Below are positions 1-12,400 of a DNA stretch of 64,000 nucleotides, piece after piece. Location: positions 1-64,000 of the forward strand of contig NMRA01000463.1 of the NCBI GenBank assembly GCA_002633005.1, written 5' to 3'. Source of the stretch: Phoronis australis. Its lineage: Eukaryota; Animalia; Phoronida. A program made the translations under genes and the position numbers. The notes under the pieces were generated by a model, which worked only from the letters and a program-made list of their open reading frames with translations, was not told the DNA's origin and searched no databases. The stretch's first letter is position 1, and each line of letters opens with the position of its first letter.

Positions 1-51
1 GTTTTGAGGGGGGGGCATGGCCCCCTTGGCCCTCCTCTAAATCCGCCACTG
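1..51. mobile_element. Right end of MITE family A (terminus ...ATCCGCCACTG)
   Basis: Nearly identical to 59558-59598. Confidence 0.75.
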
Positions 52-285
52 GTTACAGTTTTCTAAAATATCATTACATTTTCATCTTATGCAAATTAAA
101 TTTAGATTATTGGCATGAAAATCATAAAAACCGTAAATTTTGATCACCTCTCATGCAAAAGGATTTCAAAACAGTGTTCTAAAGACCATTGCATAAAACA
201 TACTATCTGAAAGTTTCAATGCAAATCCAATCAGATCATTTCTGAGACAAGATGTTTCGAAGTAAGCCAAATTGGACATTATTCA
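52..285 (+). repeat. Old dispersed repeat family G
   Basis: CTCATGCAAAAG...TATCTGAAAGTTTC...CCAAATTGGACATT recurs near 7860-8095, 23870-24080, 31308-31465 plus 31900-31995, and inverted near 62880-63050. Confidence 0.65.
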
Positions 286-335
286 GGTGCTACATATGCT
301 TATGGTGGGCTCATCACAGGTGACCCTAGACGTAC

Positions 336-403
336 CTGAACTCTTCAACGAACTGTGTCTGCATCAGCTGTGGTCTCAGCTCTTTCACTTCAGCAATATT
401 TCC
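336..403 (-). CDS. ZER1: ZER1 coding exon 11 (gene continues beyond window start)
   Basis: ctttcag|GNIAEVKELRPQLMQTQFVEEF AG|gtacgt; 68 nt. Confidence 0.92.
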
Positions 404-3400
404 CTGAAAGTCGAATGCATTTATTTAAAGCACTACATTGTCGGGATTGTCCAGTGCAACCAAATTCGGAAGCGACAAAGCTGACATTAAAAATGTTCAG
501 CTTTTCTAAACTCAGTGCTACCACAGTACTTACCAAGCCTTCGTTATCATGACCTATCTAGTAGTGAGTACATAACTATGCAGTTGCCGAATTTGATCAC
601 ATCAGGGTCTGGCCATTAACATTCAACTTTTCAAAATTTGGACATATTTCAGTTCGCTCAGTGATTACATTACCGACATAAATAACTATGACGGCTGCTA
701 GGAACAGTTCTGACAATTAAAACAGAACCAATTATTTATAACTGCACCGTCAGGCCCACTACTCCGCCGAGCCCACTGCACTGCCACGCCTACTGCACCG
801 CATACCTCAAGCCACTTCCCATTCGATAGTGAATGCATACAAGTCACACAAATAAGACCGAGCTGAGGATCTAGAGACCTGACTGAATGGTCTAGCAATA
901 GGGTTCAGGGGGATTCGAACCTATGGCTTTTGCTCGGAACAAAATATCTAGCTAACTGCACTTCATACAAATGTTGCGGGAATTGCTCTTGTCGAAAACC
1001 AGAATTTCGTACTAAATTTCCGAATTGTTAAGGATCTAGAGATTATACCCTAATGATTTCCCCGGCAACATCGACAGTTTCTCTCGAAACCCCACCAATT
1101 GATTAAAGTTAGCAGAACTATTATAGGAGAAAATTACGCAGACACTGCATGTGAAAACTCACCATGAGTCCCATCATGTTTCGACGGAGGTCATCGTCAT
1201 CAGGAAACGTTTGCAGGCAGTTCAGGAACAGGTCCATGCCATCACTGTCCATAAATCGTTGACAATTGAGGGAAGTTTCATCTAGAAAATTCAAAGCTAT
1301 CATTTAGTTTGTGTGTCAAACAAGGGAGCGTGAACGCTCATGGCTAAACAAAACACCGTTTGGCTTCAACTACCAGACGACAGTGGTTTCTAAATTGAGG
1401 GATGACCAGACATCAATTGAGCCCATTGTTAAGCACGCATGTGCTCATGTCCAGTATCACAACTACCAAGTCAATTATCTACCACGGTTGAAGAGCTTCT
1501 AAAACACTTGATTACAATGAGTACCAGAGAACTCCATGACTACTTCTTGAAAGTGACAAGAGAGCTTAAAGTATGCCACTGATCGACAACTTCATTCAAC
1601 CTTGCACACCTACGGTTACCATGGTTACGACGAAGCTAGATTTTCCAAGCTTGAAATTTAATGTGCTGCAGAAAAAGGTGAGTGGCCCAGCAACCTTATT
1701 CATTTTGCAATAATGTGTGGAAAGAGTGGTTACAGATTTCAACCCAAAAAGTCACGGACATTTTTTACAAAGCAAAAATCAACCGGTGTATTCAAAATAA
1801 AAAGGACAGCGTGAAACTTCATCACACACCATAAAAATCCTATTCCAAATCTTACGCGATGGTCTTTCTACATGCGCGCTGCCAGGGGGGGGGGGGGTCG
1901 GGGGCTCAACGAGTAGACAAAAAGGTCTGCCTCNNNNNNNNNNNNNNNNNNNNNNNNNNNNNNNNNNNNNNNNNNNNNNNNNNNNNNNNNNNNNNNNNNN
2001 NNNNNNNNNNNNNNNNNNNNNNNNNNNNNNNNNNNNNNNNNNNNNNNNNNNNNNNNNNNNNNNNNNNNNTCAGAGAAACAAAAACTCCAAAGTAGAAAAC
2101 GGGTTGAAAGTCTATTAAAAAGCAGGAACTACTAAAAGTTGACAAATGCACCTCGTAGCTCCGAATGCACCCCTGAATCTTTTAGAGAAAGGTCCACGTT
2201 CTCAAAAATTCGAGGTGCCAATTTTTATGGCTGGGTGGGCGCATGTTCTGACTAAATAAAAGTCAGAGAAAATTTCAAATAAATGCAATAATTTCTGACT
2301 AAATGCACATTGATCCTGTTAGACACTACCATTTCACAGCAACAACAACAGTTTCATAGATATTGCTCAGAGTAGGTCAAAGTTCGTCACAATATATCAA
2401 GTACAAGTACTATCAAAATCTTTCCAATTTATTTTCGAAACAATGCACTAACGACAAGTGATAAGGTTAGCCATTAGGCGCTGCATCTCATTTGCCAACC
2501 AACAACAACGAATGCATCTCACAGTTCACAGCCACATACCACAAGGCCTGGACTTTTACGACTGGCTAATCTCGTTTAGGGATTTGGGAACAGAGATGGC
2601 CGTGAGTCATAACTGCTCCCAGTACATGGCACTATTCTCTCCTGACCATTTTAGACATTGCACACTATAAAACCTAAATTCACCACGACTGAGACTTGAT
2701 CTTTTTCATTGTTTGTTCGACGAAAAGTGGTCGACTATAACACAACAAAAGAGTAATATAATGCAACACGATTGCCATTTCTCTGCTGACATGTCCCAAC
2801 CCCTATTGTGCGACCTGCCTGAGCAACACAAGAGGTAGGACAAGTTGTCTTCTCCAGACAAGCCTCATTAGTGCTTAGAATCGCCAAATTCACAATATCA
2901 AAAACAACCTCACTAGTTGATCAGCTGTCAAATTAGAACACCGGCAAACAGTCTACCTAACATCAGATATTGCAGTTGATTTCTTGTGGTTTACGATAAG
3001 TCGTTACATTTGTGGTAACTATGACAACTCAGTATGTCAGCATGCTGTGGCAATTTTCACTTTCTCGCAGAACATCAGAGCAGTGCAGATATGACACAAG
3101 TTTGCACAAGAAACTCCTCTGTGTAGGTGGACATGACACACTGGCACTGGGTACACTCATACATCACACTCATGTCCATGGCACTGGGTACACTCATACA
3201 TCACACTCATGTCCATGGAACTTGGAAACTTTTAATTCAAATAAGTTGTTTTCTATGTTCTCAATTTGGGATACTGAATTCACAGTTGTGATAATTCACG
3301 CTTGTGATAATTCACGGTTTTGATAATTCACGGTTGTGATATGCAGTTGTTAAGAAAAAGGTAATGATGCTGACAGGGTAACCACAAGTAAAAACAAAGT

Positions 3401-6400
3401 AAATCATGGTGGTTGACTCACTTAAATACTCCAAATGCAGTGACATTTCAACGGACAAGTGCATCAACGGTATTTTTGAGAACAGTAAAAACTTCCGCTT
3501 CGCCTGCAGTACCTGTTACATTCCAGAGGGCGCTCCAGCTCATGGTCATCACTTCATCGCTGGTTTCTGTCAGCAGACGATCCGATATCAACTCAGTTAA
3601 GGCCTGAAATCAAACAGCAATAGCTAAATTATAGGACATGCTTGGGGAATGCTTCATTTTCAATTATCATATGGAGAATGCTTCTAAACAAAACATGACT
3701 CCACTGGGAGGTAAACATACTTGGCATCATTTGACTGTTGCCCACACAGTAATCATAGGAGGCAGAACTTTTGACACAAACAAGCTAAACAACCCAGCAT
3801 CAATTGACTTAATTGGTACAAAAATGATCAGTTTCGTTTCTTGATTGATATCTTACAGTATCTTTCACTAATAAAAGTAGTGTAGAGTGTCATTCAACCA
3901 AAATGCACTTAAGATTTCCAGGATCGAAAATCACTGTTCCCATGGTTACCTGAATTCCACCCACAGCCCCAATAAGAGCCTTCTCGGCACCGGTTACGTG
4001 GCAGGAAAGTTTGTTGATCAAGAAAGCACAGATCCTCAGAACAAGATCGTCCACCCCTGGTCGAAGTAGCAGAGCCACGAGCACTTGCACCGTGTACTCG
4101 TACTCGAACTGGATGTCGGCGGGAATGTCTAATTGGCATAAGGTGAAGCAACAGTTGAATATAATCTGCAACAGAATGACAGATAGAATTGGTTGATTTA
4201 AGAACATCGTATCTCACAAACGCTGGTCACATGGAACATTCCGACAGTATGCTTTATACATTTTTCTCCAAAACAATGTAATTGATTACTTTAAAAATGC
4301 ATAAGGTATATCAAAAATAGTTGGATTAAAACAAAACGAATTTAGAAAACCAGGCAATAGAGATTTTATCATGAAACATTTATATCATGCAAAATTTGGT
4401 CATGTTAGAGATCCTGTTGTTTTACAGCGAATGTATCATTCCTTCGAGCTAAATTTTCTTAAAAAAGCAGTCACGTGGCATAATTAGAAGCAGATGCGTA
4501 GAGAGCCAACAGTCAACTTCTACGGAATTGCTACTTTCAGAGAATAATACTTCTGCGGTGTTAAATCCTAGTAATATAATTGCAGATATTTAGCTAAGAA
4601 TTGACGGTGAAGTACCGCATAGCCTGTAGATCCACTGATACAATGAAAATTGAATACAACACAATACAATACAATACAAACACACAGCATGATTCGAGAC
4701 AGCATAATACACAACTGGTACAAACTGAAAGACGTAGAAATTACACAAAACTATAAAATTTAAAATAAGCATGCCAATGAAGACAAAGGCATAAAAAATT
4801 GATTTTGTAGAAAATTAAGCGGCAATGGAAGTAAGAATGATATCTAAAATGATTCATTAGTAGTCCAAAATTGTTTACTTGGTAGTCCAAAATTGTTTAC
4901 TAGTAGTACAAAATTGTTTACTAGCAGTCCCAAAATTGTTTACTGGTAGTCCAAAATTGTTAATAATTAGTCTAAAAATTTGACAGACATTACGCCATAG
5001 TCTTTTAGGAGTGAAATGGCAACAATCATTCAGAGGGGTCTCAGATCTTGAGAACCAGTTCAATGCCTGTTATTCAGTGTAGAAAACGGGTTCTCAAAAC
5101 ACGGCAAAACCTACAACGGCCTATAAACATGAAATGCGTTGTACATCTTACAATAGAAATGTCTTTATTGTTCAATAATACTTTTATCAATTTGACTTTA
5201 TTATGCAGGATCATAAAGAATACCCACATATACTTTAAATGACGATTCAAAATCCATAGTTTGAAGATTATTGACTGAATACACACTAAATTTTGCCGAT
5301 GAAGATGCACTGAACCTCAAGGTTAACGTGCGCAAATATAGCTCAGGAAATTAGTTGCTATGACAGCGAAAACAGTGTAACACTTACTGTCTTATCATTC
5401 ATAAATCTGGAGACAGCATGCAGAACACAGCGAATCAGTCTTTCCATGAACTTCTTTGGATAAACTGGGCGGGTTTCGTTGTCCTCTTGCCTGGTGAAGA
5501 AGTAGAACGATGCACTGAAAGCAAAATGGCACAATGTGATTACATTCATCACAAAAAAACTCTCCAGACAACAGCAGTTTCTAAATCGCAGGGCTTGGAA
5601 TGACCGATGGCAACCAAGAGGAAAATTTTCCAGTCTTGAGTGATAGAAATATTTTTTGTGAACTTGCAAAATTTAACTGAAAAAAATGTTTTGCCTGAAT
5701 AAAGTAAAAATGATAAAAAGATAAGAAAAAAAAGAGGAAATTGGAAATCAAATATCAAGAGGAAATTGAATCCAAAAAAGAGAAAATCCTCTTAAAAGAG
5801 TAAAATTCCAAGCCCTGAAATCTACACTAGATCCTGATACCAATCTAGTCCATTGTTAAGCGTTACTGTGCTTTTGTGTCCAACACTGCGACTAGCAGGC
5901 CAATTATCTACCATCAATGGGTACCAGAGAACTGATACCTACCTCATCTATTTTGGCTAATTCTAATCATATCGCTTTGGGTGAATATAATCCTAGCCAC
6001 TACTGCTGACGAGGAATTCAATAATCAATTTCAGAAGCCTGACAAATCCAAAAATCTCCAGTTTTCGTCTAGAATTCTACACGAGTCTCAGGTTTATGAC
6101 ATGGGCAAATTCTCTTGGAAACTTCGTCAAAATTTCGAGGCTTGCCGAGGTATTTTGACGAAATTTCCAAGAGGTTTTGCCCATGTCATAAATCTGAGAT
6201 GAGTGTAGGATATATTTTCTCACATGAACCGTAAAAAACGATCTTTAATGCTGAAAAACTCGACATGTCTACAACTTCCAACCACACAATGTAAAAACAC
6301 GCTTGGGCAATGTAAAGTAAATCAGTTTAGTTAATTTTAAGCTTAACAATAAATTGCATTCAGCTTTTGTAGCAAATATTCAAGTTAAAATCTATTACAT

Positions 6401-9400
6401 AGTCTTTGAAAATGTAATGCTAAAACTTAAAAAATAGTTATGAATAACAGTCAGCAAGGCATCCCTGTGCATGAGCACTGAATTGACCTTGAGACAGCCC
6501 AGCTAGACAGTCTTGTCGTGTTTCTTGAGTTGGGGCTCGTCTCTGTTTGAATGATTGTGGATATGAAATTCGCCACCAAATATGAGTCCGTTTAAGAAGT
6601 CGTTTTTATCATGTCCTTCTGACTGGGAGTACGTACAGTTGCAAAACTCGATTTGTCAATCATAACCTTGTCAGCTTCTCAGAATTCCGGCATTGTTTGG
6701 TTGGCGCACGTTTGGTTGTTTTAGTGTTTTGCAGACGATAACATGTAAGGCGTGCGGATTTCTACTTTGCATTACTTTGTGATTCGCCCATGTAATATCA
6801 AAAAAATACCAGTCATGCTGTAACACAGTCCAGGTCATGCAAGAAATCAATTTATTTCAGCCATTGTTTTATTGCAGTGAACAGAAGTCATTGCTAATGC
6901 GGCAATTGTTCTACTCCACCCAGCTGGAAACAAATCAAATTTCCTGATAAACTGGCTTCTTGACAACAGTGGTTCATGTACAATATCTATTGACAAGGTA
7001 GAAGGTACCGTGAGTTTCTAGCAATCAGAAATTCTAAACTCATCTACGTCAAATGACAGAAAAGAAGCGAAGTGTAGTCTGATAGTTCAATCAGCAAAAT
7101 ACCACTTCACAGGCCAAACATAAAAACAGTCCCATCTGCAAAGTCCCATCTGCAAAGTCCCATCTTCAAAAATCAATTTAGATAAAAATTAATCCAGATC
7201 ATTTCACAAAGTAATTAACAGCCTGAAATGCAAATTGAGAAAAAATTTCTCACACTGAAACTTTGTCGAACGAAAGTCTAATTTTGCATGAAATTTTGAC
7301 TCACCTGCCACTGTTCTGAATATTAACGTCTTTTGGATGTCGTTCCATTGCAGTAACCGCAGCCTAGTAAATCAAATACACAGAGTAAAATTAAATAAAT
7401 CTACAATCTCATCTAGTTTACCAATGCCTGCAACAGTCATCAGGACATGATCATAGAACTCAACTTTCTGCGAAAAGTAAGTTGTGTGAATGTTCATTCC
7501 ATACTCTGAAAAATGCTTGTATTAATGTTTGGCTGTGTAGTTATAAGCATGATATAATTCTTAATGGTCCTCATGATCTATCTTCAGTGAAACTTGTAAC
7601 TAGAGAATGACTCTAGAAAAAACAAAGTTCTGTTTAATCAACTAGTCAGATTTGTTTTTCAAATTATGTTTACATTTAGTAAAAGGAAACATTTTCTGAA
7701 AACAGAAAGTTTGGAGAATTCTATTTTCAAATTTTTACCAATCGTACATCAATTGGGTCATACGGTCACGAATTTCTGTTAAAATTTTGAAAGAAAGGAT
7801 TGGTATGTCAATAGCAAAACAAAATTATCGATTCATTTAGTATAAACATACAAGATGACATATCAAAACATCATAAGAGTTTCCTAAATCTCAACTCCAT
7901 TTTCTTTTCTGCAACTTTTAGTCCTATTTTTGAAAGCATCTCATGCAAAAGTGGAAAATTTTAAAAACAAATTGTGACACATGACAGTGGCTTGGAGAAC
8001 GGCGCATGAAGCAGTGCGTGAATGTTCCATAAATAATCCATACAAATACGATGACCTATTTTTAAGATATGACTTTCCAAATTTGTAATTCTTTGTAGGG
8101 AGGTACGTAATTTCAAGTGGATAATTATAAACTCGCTTTCTGTAAAAAAGAACTTTTTTGATTTCATAGACAAACTACAGTATATGACCCTGAACGTGGG
8201 CCTGAACAGAACTGAGACTACTGCAGCACTAAACAAAATATCTCCGATCAAATCGGCGAAACTACATTGTTTCTCTACAACAGGCATTTTGGTGACACAT
8301 ACCACAGTGACTGTTTAATGTCGCGGCAGATCTTGGCTTTGACCAAGTACTGTACAGGGTACAACTGTACAGAAAAGATCGTGATTCTCGTGACAAATTT
8401 AAGCACAGGCAAGCTTAAGTTATAAACATGTACGACGATTGTTGCACTATTCTCCAAACGTTGAAAGGAATATTTAAAGAGAATGTTTAGAGTCATTCCA
8501 TACAAAAGGAATATGGTATTATCAAGTTCATTCCTACTTATTTCCTACCACATTGAATGTAAAGTCTTGAAGAGATCCATCAAAGACACGAGAAAGGCAG
8601 TTTGGTGGCCATTTTCAAGCTTTCTTTCAAAGAAATTAACAGAAAAGTTAAAGGAAATGAATTATATTCTACATTTCGATTAGACATAGGTTGTGCACCG
8701 CAAGTTCATTTCCAGAGATAAAAGGGAGACCACAGGTTAATGTAGTTGGCCATTGATTACAACTACTATTAAAATCTCTTGGTCTATTTACGCTGACCTC
8801 TCGTCTATTTACAATGTCACGACGTTTCGGTCGGTCTATTATCCTGCCACAGTCGGGTGTTCCTGCATTCTTAAAAGAACGAGCAGGGATATGAGGCACA
8901 CTCATCATGGTGTGATTTTTTGTCCAAGGCATGTCCACACCATGATGAGTGTACCACATTTCCCTGCTCGTTCTTCTAAGAAAGCAGGAACACCTGACGA
9001 TGGCTGGAGAATAGACCAACCGAAATGTCGTGACAATTTAAATAGACAAGAGGTCGGTGTAAATAGACTAAGAGGTTTTAATAATAGTTATAACACGCCA
9101 CTACCTCAGACCAGTCTTAGAAAGTCATGGTCATTCATTATTACTGGACAGAGTTCGTTAAAAAGTGATATAACATTCGTTGTTAGACAACTTCTTTCTG
9201 CATTTCTTGTATTGTCCCCAAGTGACATCATTAAAAGAACAAACAATAGAAAACTGTCTTAAAATTACATTAGACCGCAGTACTTCGAATGTATAGTACT
9301 ATCATTGAAGACAAGAAATAAAAAACGAGACCTCAGTGAGTAATGAGACACGGTAGTAGAGGTCGTGACGTAACGAAGCATTCATGTCATATTGTTTTTA

Positions 9401-12400
9401 TCAAACTCTGCCCCAGAATGGCACTGCTGCCGAGTTATACTGTGACCAGACAAAGTAAAATAAGATAAAATAGATGTAAAACATCAACCCTGAAAAGATA
9501 GGCAGCGCAAAACCACCACAAGAAAACTTGAAAACAGCTCGTGCCCATCTGCAGAGAAGCACTAGATATCGAGATGTGTCTTAATGTACTAAATATCCCA
9601 GAACATAGCTCGGTCTCAGGTAAGAAATTACCCGACGTTCATTCTGATATAACTGTGTCTATCTTACTGCACTCAATGCTAGCTGCGCTTCAGAGGACAC
9701 TTCTTCATCTTCGTTACGCATCAGCTGATACAGCAAATCCAAACTTTTCAAACAAATGCTAGGACGGTCCACATATGTTGTCACGGCGCAGGCAATCTGC
9801 TTCCAGTTAGCTTTCCCCGTCACCTGCGGCAGAGATAGGATTGTCCGATGACTACTACTCATAACTTTGTTTTTTCGAAGTGCGTTAAAAACATAAAACT
9901 TGGTGTAGGAGATAAAAACTTCTCCTTGTAACTTTAATGATTAAGATAATGTCTTTTGTTAAGAATGTTTTGGAAGCTAGAATTTTCAAGGGTAACACTG
10001 GCAGTTGCAGTAATTAATGTCCGTAAATAAGTAAAAAACTTGACAATAAATGTGAACAATAAAAAATAAATGCTCAAATCCCATCAACATTCCAAAGAAC
10101 ATTATGAACATGTGATAAGACCAATATGTGGTGTGCAGACCAGACTTAAAAATGTTTGCATTCTAAATACTCTCAACCATAGGAAGTCCACTTTCACCAC
10201 AGATTATAGACAACAGATTCCCAACTCCAACATTTTCTTGCGTACTATCCTAGAGGAGGCAGAGTTCTTCTAAATTACCAATTTCAGTTTCTGCTTAGTG
10301 TATTGTGACGGGAAATTCTCGCATCTCTATTACTGTCCAGTGCAAAAAAATAATTTCGGCATTGAAACGCTGTTCAAAGTCCTCCAATAGCAGAACTGTT
10401 GGCATCGTGAGTACTTTTGGCACCCGATCACACAAAAGCTGACCACGATTAGCAGACAACCCATTTGCCAGAAGTAAAACTTGCTAATTTTGCTAGGTGT
10501 CGATAGCGAATAATGACATTATGTGTTATGCGTAAGATCACAAATTTCGTCCATTGAAAATATACGGAGTTGTTGGTCTATGTACAATAGTCTATGCTTT
10601 CACAGAATCTTTATATAATTTGCTATCAAATGACATAATATTACGTCCTTTCATGACTGCAATTCACCCGAGTAACCATCATCACTTACTTGATCGGCAG
10701 GCAAGTTCTGTCGCTCATAAGGTGAATGGGGACAACCAAAAAGACCCAGGAACTTCAAGTGACGACCTGCTAAAGCAGGTATGGGACAAGGGCTGTAATG
10801 CAAACGAGTTAACAACACTCAGAATGTGACACTATGAGTTACTAAATGCATTCACGAACTGTGAATCCCAGTCGATGAGACGTTTTCCATACCAACTCTG
10901 AGTTTCCATTCTCAAAAATACAATAAACATGTTTAAACAAATGTAAAATTTAATTTCTTTCTATTTTGTAAACTTAAGAAATTTGGTTTTACTATTTCAA
11001 AAAATAAATAACTCAATCCACACAATTACATCCACCATTTGTAATTGTGGAAAATCAGAGCCTGTATTTTAGGGGGAGAATAAATGTTTTGTGAGTATAG
11101 GAAGATGTTTGTGAGATGGACCCTTTCGTCCACTATTGCATGAACGTGAAATCAAGAATCGTCCTAAAAATAAAAAAAATCACACTAAAATTAAAAACTT
11201 CCTTTTGCAACAGCAGTTTGAGTATACAAAACTAGGAACTGATAGATAACTATGGTAACCAAATGGAAGCATTGAACATTTGGAAAGGTTTGCCAGTCGT
11301 ACGGTTACCAGATGTGTTTTAATTCGAAACTATGTACTTGGATATTCTTGGCCGCAACCACAAGTAAAGTCATTCTGTGGTTGAGGTCTAATTCTTACAC
11401 TAGTCAAAACTGACTTCTATAACCGCTCTGAGATGGTGGCATGTTACAACTATTATTAAAATCTCTTGGTCCATTTACACTGACCTCTTGTCTATTTACG
11501 TTGTCAGGACATTTTGGTCGGTGTATTTTCTGGCCATCTGAGAACAACGAGCACGGATATGTGGTACACTCGTCATGGTGTGATTTTTTTGATTATATAT
11601 TGTCCGAGGAAGGATTTGAAACCACGACTTCTGAAACTACAGAAATTTGAGTCCACCACCTTAACCACTACACCAAAATCGCACGACTAAAATTTGTACT
11701 TGAATCATGCAGTTCAGTTCATTCTTGTACGAGTTTAAATTCAAGAGACTAAATCCCAAGCCCAGGACAATAAGATGCCATTTCTCATAATTTGACGTTA
11801 CTTCTAAGCTTTTTGCTGCATCATTGTACAAGACTGAGTACTTTAGGAAGACAACTACGTCTACCAATGCTGTCAGATTCCAGTACCTGTCTCCACAAGC
11901 CGACACAGGGGTTTCAAAGCCCGTTCCTGCCAAGTTGGTGCCAGATATATCCAGTGACTCAAGATGGGGCAGTGACGTCAACAGATGCTTCAGCTGATCA
12001 CCAGCGTCATCGCGATGATCCCGACTATCACAAGAAATGTCCAAGTGCCTGAAGAAACCATTAAGAGATGAAAATCTAACAAGATAATGTGGTTCATATC
12101 TTCCGTCTTTCAAGAGGGAAAAAGACGACATAAATTAGACACGAAAATAATAAAAATGGTCTGACACCAGGGAAGCAGAAAGTGTGGATCTGTCTGAAAC
12201 AGGAAATTTCATGAAAATGTGAAGAAACTTGGTAGAAATTGAGGCACAACAAAGGACAATCGAAGCTGCCACTAGGGGTGTCATAGTAGATGGACTTAAC
12301 ATGAAATAAATGTCAGCCATTCTCTTCTCAACAAAAACATCAAATTTTATGTAGGTGAATCGAGGAATTCGGAAGATGATGAGGCAAGTAAATAAATGTG

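Noticed and set aside
4858-4980. CRISPR-like array
   Set aside because: Head-to-tail minisatellite with no unique spacers, no cas genes, eukaryotic context.
8753-9262. 169-aa plus ORF and antisense 116-aa ORF with self-similar peptides
   Set aside because: Produced by the foldback element; no protein family signal.
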